From Candidatus Kuenenia stuttgartensis (GTDB taxonomy: Bacteria; Planctomycetota; Brocadiia; Brocadiales; Brocadiaceae), in assembly GCF_900232105.1 (NCBI RefSeq), contig NZ_LT934425.1, forward strand, positions 60,001 through 92,000: DNA of 32,000 nt, given 5' to 3'. The notes under the pieces are model-generated. The model searched no databases, was not told the origin of the DNA, and saw nothing but the letters and a program-made list of their open reading frames with translations. This document shows, piece by piece, positions 28,590 through 32,000 of the stretch; positions within the stretch are counted from its first letter, which is position 1; each line of letters begins with the position of its first letter. The translations under genes and the position numbers were made by a program.

Positions 28590-28699
28590 TATCAGTCAAG
28601 TATATTGTCGTATAATAACAATATATTAGTGACTACATATTTATTAAAAATACAGCCTTAACAAACTATGTATTAAGCACTTATGCGTTTTGGCAGGGG

Positions 28700-29132
28700 T
28701 GAACATCCGATATAAACAAGGTGTTTCCCTCTATCAATCCAATCTCTATACAGAATTTTACATTCTGATTTAACACCTGCTTTTTATCGCCTCTTTATTC
28801 TCTCTGCGAAATCTCGATATCGTACGGTAATCAGGTTTTATACCGGATACTAACCACATGAAGGATAGATTATGATAGCACGCCCTTTCCAGTCTGCGGG
28901 AACTCCTTTCCCCATAGGCATATCCATATACGATTAATTTTAAGAGCGCCCTTGGATGATACTCATGCGCACCGGCTTTATACGCATTGATCTCAAAACC
29001 CATTTCCTGAAGGTCTAAGCTCTCTATAAACGCATCATACGCCCTCACAGGATCTTCTTTTCCCACATAATCTTGTATTACCGGTGGAAAAAGTGTATTT
29101 TGATCTCTATTCCCTATAATATAGCCAAACAA
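28700..29132 (-). pseudogene. IS1182-like transposase N-terminal fragment
   Basis: PPVIQDYVGKEDPVRAYDAFIESLDLQEMGF...YHPRALLKLIVYGYAYGERSSRRLERACYHNLSFMWLVSGIKPDYRTISRFRRENKEAIK, then frameshift into KQVLNQNVKFCIEIGLIEGNTLFI. Confidence 0.85.
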
Positions 29133-29935
29133 ATATGATTTTAGGAATTTGGCAATAAAATGGCTTTCTAAAAAACAGATTTATTTGACTAAGCATACTA
29201 TACAAGCACGCCCCTTAATTCCCTCTTTATAGAGAGGACTGGGAGGTGTAAATTTTTCGAAAACCTTATTTGTTTGACTATATATGCCATATTCCCCTTG
29301 TCTCCTTAGTTTAATGCAATCATGTGTGATGAAAACAAACCGTAAAATAGGTTTATCTCTTTATTTTACAAGTGGTTATGTTAGCATAAACCATACAGAT
29401 AGTCAAGGGTTTTTTGACTTTAATTTGTTGATTTATAAACACTTACGTCATTTCACCTATGTCTGGCTAAAACCTGCACACAACGACTACCTGGTGAACG
29501 GTTGTTTGGCTGAAGATAGTTTCTTATTCACCTATGTGACCTTTTTAAGCCATAAATGTTTTCATTTGACCCAGTCTGCGGAGCTTTGGAACGAGCGTTT
29601 TTTTCATAGAACTAAAGTGTTACGCTTTTTTAGATGAATCGTAACAGTTTGCTTAACAGATAGAGTGTATTCCCGATTGGGATAGTTCAGCAGCGGCAAT
29701 TCATGGAATTTTTAAAACTAAACTGTTGCGCTGAATCTTATAATTAAACTACAAATAAACCATGAATGAATATAGATAAATACTTTGTATTTCTCTAAAA
29801 CATACCATAGAATGATTAGTCTATTTGTCAGTTTTATTTCATTTTTGCGCTGTCAGTAGTTTTCAGGTTGCCATGTAATACAAGATTGCAGAAATTCAGA
29901 TATTTATTTATAGGAATAAATAGGAGTTATGGATA

Positions 29936-30502
29936 ATGGAAATAGATGTTGGCAAGGGATCAATACTTATTGCTAATCCGCAGGGCACCGATCCGAATTT
30001 TATGCAGACAGTAGTGCTAATATGCGAACATAGCAAAAGAGGGACATTGGGTTTAATATTAAACAAAACATTAGGGAAAAAAGGACAGGAAATATTTGTT
30101 TCTTCTGCCAATACCAAGACAAAGGATAAAGAAATATTTTTTGGAGGCCCTGTCGATACAAACAATATGTTCTATCTTCACGGCAACTTTAAAAATGAAA
30201 CACATAATTGTGTGAAAATATGTGAAGGGGTTTATTTAGGTTCAAATCAAGGATGTTTCAATGCGTTTATGTCTCGTAAAAATGTATCGGATAATATTTT
30301 TCGTCTTTATCTTGGCTGTGCCTGCTGGTCGGGCGGACAGCTTGAATCTGAAATTGAGACGAAGTGCTGGACGGTGGGTACCGCAACTGAAAAAATGGTA
30401 TTCTATCCTAGCCCGGATAATATATGGTGGAACATCTTACGTTCAATCAGCAGTATTGACCCTGAATTTCCCTATGATAATGCGGAACCAATACTGAACT
30501 AA
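29936..30502 (+). CDS. YqgE/AlgH family (DUF179) protein
   Basis: 188 aa; GSILIANPQGTDPNFMQTVVLICEHSKRGTLGLILNKTL, FFGGPVDTNNMFYLHG, RLYLGCACWSGGQLESEI. Confidence 0.9.
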   Translation: MEIDVGKGSILIANPQGTDPNFMQTVVLICEHSKRGTLGLILNKTLGKKGQEIFVSSANTKTKDKEIFFGGPVDTNNMFYLHGNFKNETHNCVKICEGVYLGSNQGCFNAFMSRKNVSDNIFRLYLGCACWSGGQLESEIETKCWTVGTATEKMVFYPSPDNIWWNILRSISSIDPEFPYDNAEPILN

Positions 30503-30654
30503 AAAACATTAATATTGAAATTCCTAAACGTTCAATTAGGGCGGATTGGCACGGACAAACTTGTTTGACCGTGCCACCTTGCAACGAATTTTTATTTAAA
30601 ATGTATAAATCCTTATTATTCATCTTTTGAAAACCTTATTTGTGTGACGATAAA

Positions 30655-31107
30655 ATGAAAATTGCCATTGGATCCGACCATGCCGGTTTATGGTTAAAGA
30701 AATCATTTATAGCACATTTTGATAAACCGGAGTACCAGTTAATTGATGTAGGCACATACAGTACAGAACCGGTAGATTATCCTGATTATGCAGAAGCGGT
30801 TGGCAGAAAATTACTAGATGGGAGCGCCGATAGGGGTATTTTGATTTGCTGTAGTGGTGTTGGAGCTTCTGTTGCGGCAAACAAGATTCCTGGTATTCGT
30901 GCCGGGCTTTGCCACGATACCTATTCTGCTCACCAGGGCGTGGAACATGATGATATGAACATACTTGTGCTTGGCGCATGTATAGTAGGATTAAAACTAG
31001 CCATTGAACTCGTCCAGTCATTCTTAGGCGCCACATTTAACGGAGAAGAACGTCACAAGAGAAGAGTAGGGAAAATTGAATCTATTGAAAAACGTTACAA
31101 AGGCTAA
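30655..31107 (+). CDS. rpiB: Ribose-5-phosphate isomerase B
   Basis: MKIAIGSDHAGLWLKKSFIAHF...DYPDYAEAVGRKLLDG...GILICCSGVGASVAANKIPGIRAGLCHDTYSAHQGVEHDDMNILVLGACIVG. ATG at 30655 is more likely than the 30640 GTG. Confidence 0.94.
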   Translation: MKIAIGSDHAGLWLKKSFIAHFDKPEYQLIDVGTYSTEPVDYPDYAEAVGRKLLDGSADRGILICCSGVGASVAANKIPGIRAGLCHDTYSAHQGVEHDDMNILVLGACIVGLKLAIELVQSFLGATFNGEERHKRRVGKIESIEKRYKG

Positions 31108-31151
31108 TTACTTAAATTGTATTGTTTATGCTTCTATGAAAGGGGGGGACG

Positions 31152-31631
31152 GTGAATAATAACGTATTTAAACGTGCATGCCGCAATGTATTATTTATAA
31201 TGATGTTGTTTTTATGCTGTGAAACAACCTATGCCAATGAAATTAGCCGCATTAATCTTGATGATTTGGAAAATATTATTTCTGACAATAAAGGGAAGGT
31301 GGTTCTGGTAAATATGTGGGCAACATGGTGTCCATACTGCAGAAAAGAATTGCCAGGATTTAGCAGTTTACAAAAAAAATACAATGGCAAGATAGAAATT
31401 ATTGGGATTGCTTTCGATGAAAACGGTGATCAAACAGTACCGACATTTTTAAGAAAATGGAACGTAACATATACAAATTATCTTGCAGGGGAGGATCTTA
31501 CTTCAGGATTTAGTTTACTGGGATTTCCAACAACAATTATATACGATACAAACGGAAAAGAAGTTAACAAACACATCGGCTATGTATCAGAACAGGATTT
31601 TGAAAAAGAGATTAATGAAATATTGGAATAA
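31152..31631 (+). CDS. TlpA/ResA-like thiol-disulfide oxidoreductase
   Basis: 159 aa; signal-like N-terminus, NMWATWCPYCRKELPGFSSLQKKY (WCxxC), LLGFPTTIIYDTNGKEVNKHIGY. Confidence 0.88.
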   Translation: MNNNVFKRACRNVLFIMMLFLCCETTYANEISRINLDDLENIISDNKGKVVLVNMWATWCPYCRKELPGFSSLQKKYNGKIEIIGIAFDENGDQTVPTFLRKWNVTYTNYLAGEDLTSGFSLLGFPTTIIYDTNGKEVNKHIGYVSEQDFEKEINEILE

Positions 31632-32000
31632 ATCTGATCTGCAGAGATTTTAAATATGAAATTGCTGGAGACGATGTAAAAGGGTTCTTCGCATATAATG
31701 GGATTGATATTGTTGGCGTTGTAAATGCCCAAGGGGCTGTTCCTTGTACAATTAGTTAACCAAAAATCGGGAATGCTCCTGTTGTTCAAACTATGTCCCC
31801 CGCTGGCGGGGGTGCAGGGGGTGGACTGTATTTCTCCATCGATTCAACTACCCCTTTTATTATGAAAATAAATTTGACCCTCTTTCCCACGCCCAGCAGA
31901 CTGGTCAGATGGACAATTTTATCCTGTTTCGTGACATGCATTCCCGCAGAACGTAGGAATGAGAAGAAAAATTTATGGCTATTCATATTATAAACCTCCC

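Noticed and set aside
29284-29637. 117-aa ORF after the IS1182-like relic
   Set aside because: No recognisable motifs and the region contains short imperfect repeats such as ttcacctatgt. Probably decayed non-coding DNA.
31786-31986. 66-aa ORF ending SPPPAPPPAGDIV and its antisense partner
   Set aside because: The proline/glycine run comes from a CCCCCGC..GGGGG hairpin-like sequence; no homology or RBS support.
1-32000. CRISPR array or Cas/RNA-guided component associated with the Tn7-like element
   Set aside because: No regularly spaced direct repeats and no Cas-like ORFs were seen in the window. A guide role for the leader is not supported.

Overview
Window from a genome that resembles an anammox-type planctomycete (lineage is inference from protein character only). 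Positions 1 to about 17.7 kb are mostly ordinary chromosomal genes: a glycosyltransferase fragment, FabG, an SPL-like radical SAM protein, a ferritin-like protein, tRNA-Leu(CAG), SmpB, a response regulator, a PBP4/DacB-like carboxypeptidase, a methyltransferase, UDP-glucose/GDP-mannose dehydrogenase, an IspH::UbiA-like fusion and a DUF502-like protein. This stretch also holds a degraded PAS-GGDEF gene, an SDR relic and a full-length IS1380-like element. Positions 17.7-29.2 kb are IS-rich, with IS630, Y1-type, IS1634-like, IS1380-like and IS1182-like remnants around a Firmicutes-like secondary alcohol dehydrogenase. The most interesting object is a compact element of about 3.8 kb at 24269..28058. 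It has a newly inferred imperfect terminal inverted repeat (18 of the first 25 positions match) whose tips lie at the points where the flanking IS sequences are truncated. It carries a zinc-ribbon protein, a DD(35)E integrase-like transposase (with a frameshift), a TniB/TnsC/ExeA-like AAA ATPase and a small CHC2/primase-like zinc-finger protein. It also has a roughly 400-nt structured non-coding leader, and hairpins that appear able to hide the Shine-Dalgarno (SD) sequences of the first two genes. Normal genes resume after 29.9 kb (YqgE/AlgH, RpiB, TlpA-like). All family assignments are from motif recognition, not database searches.
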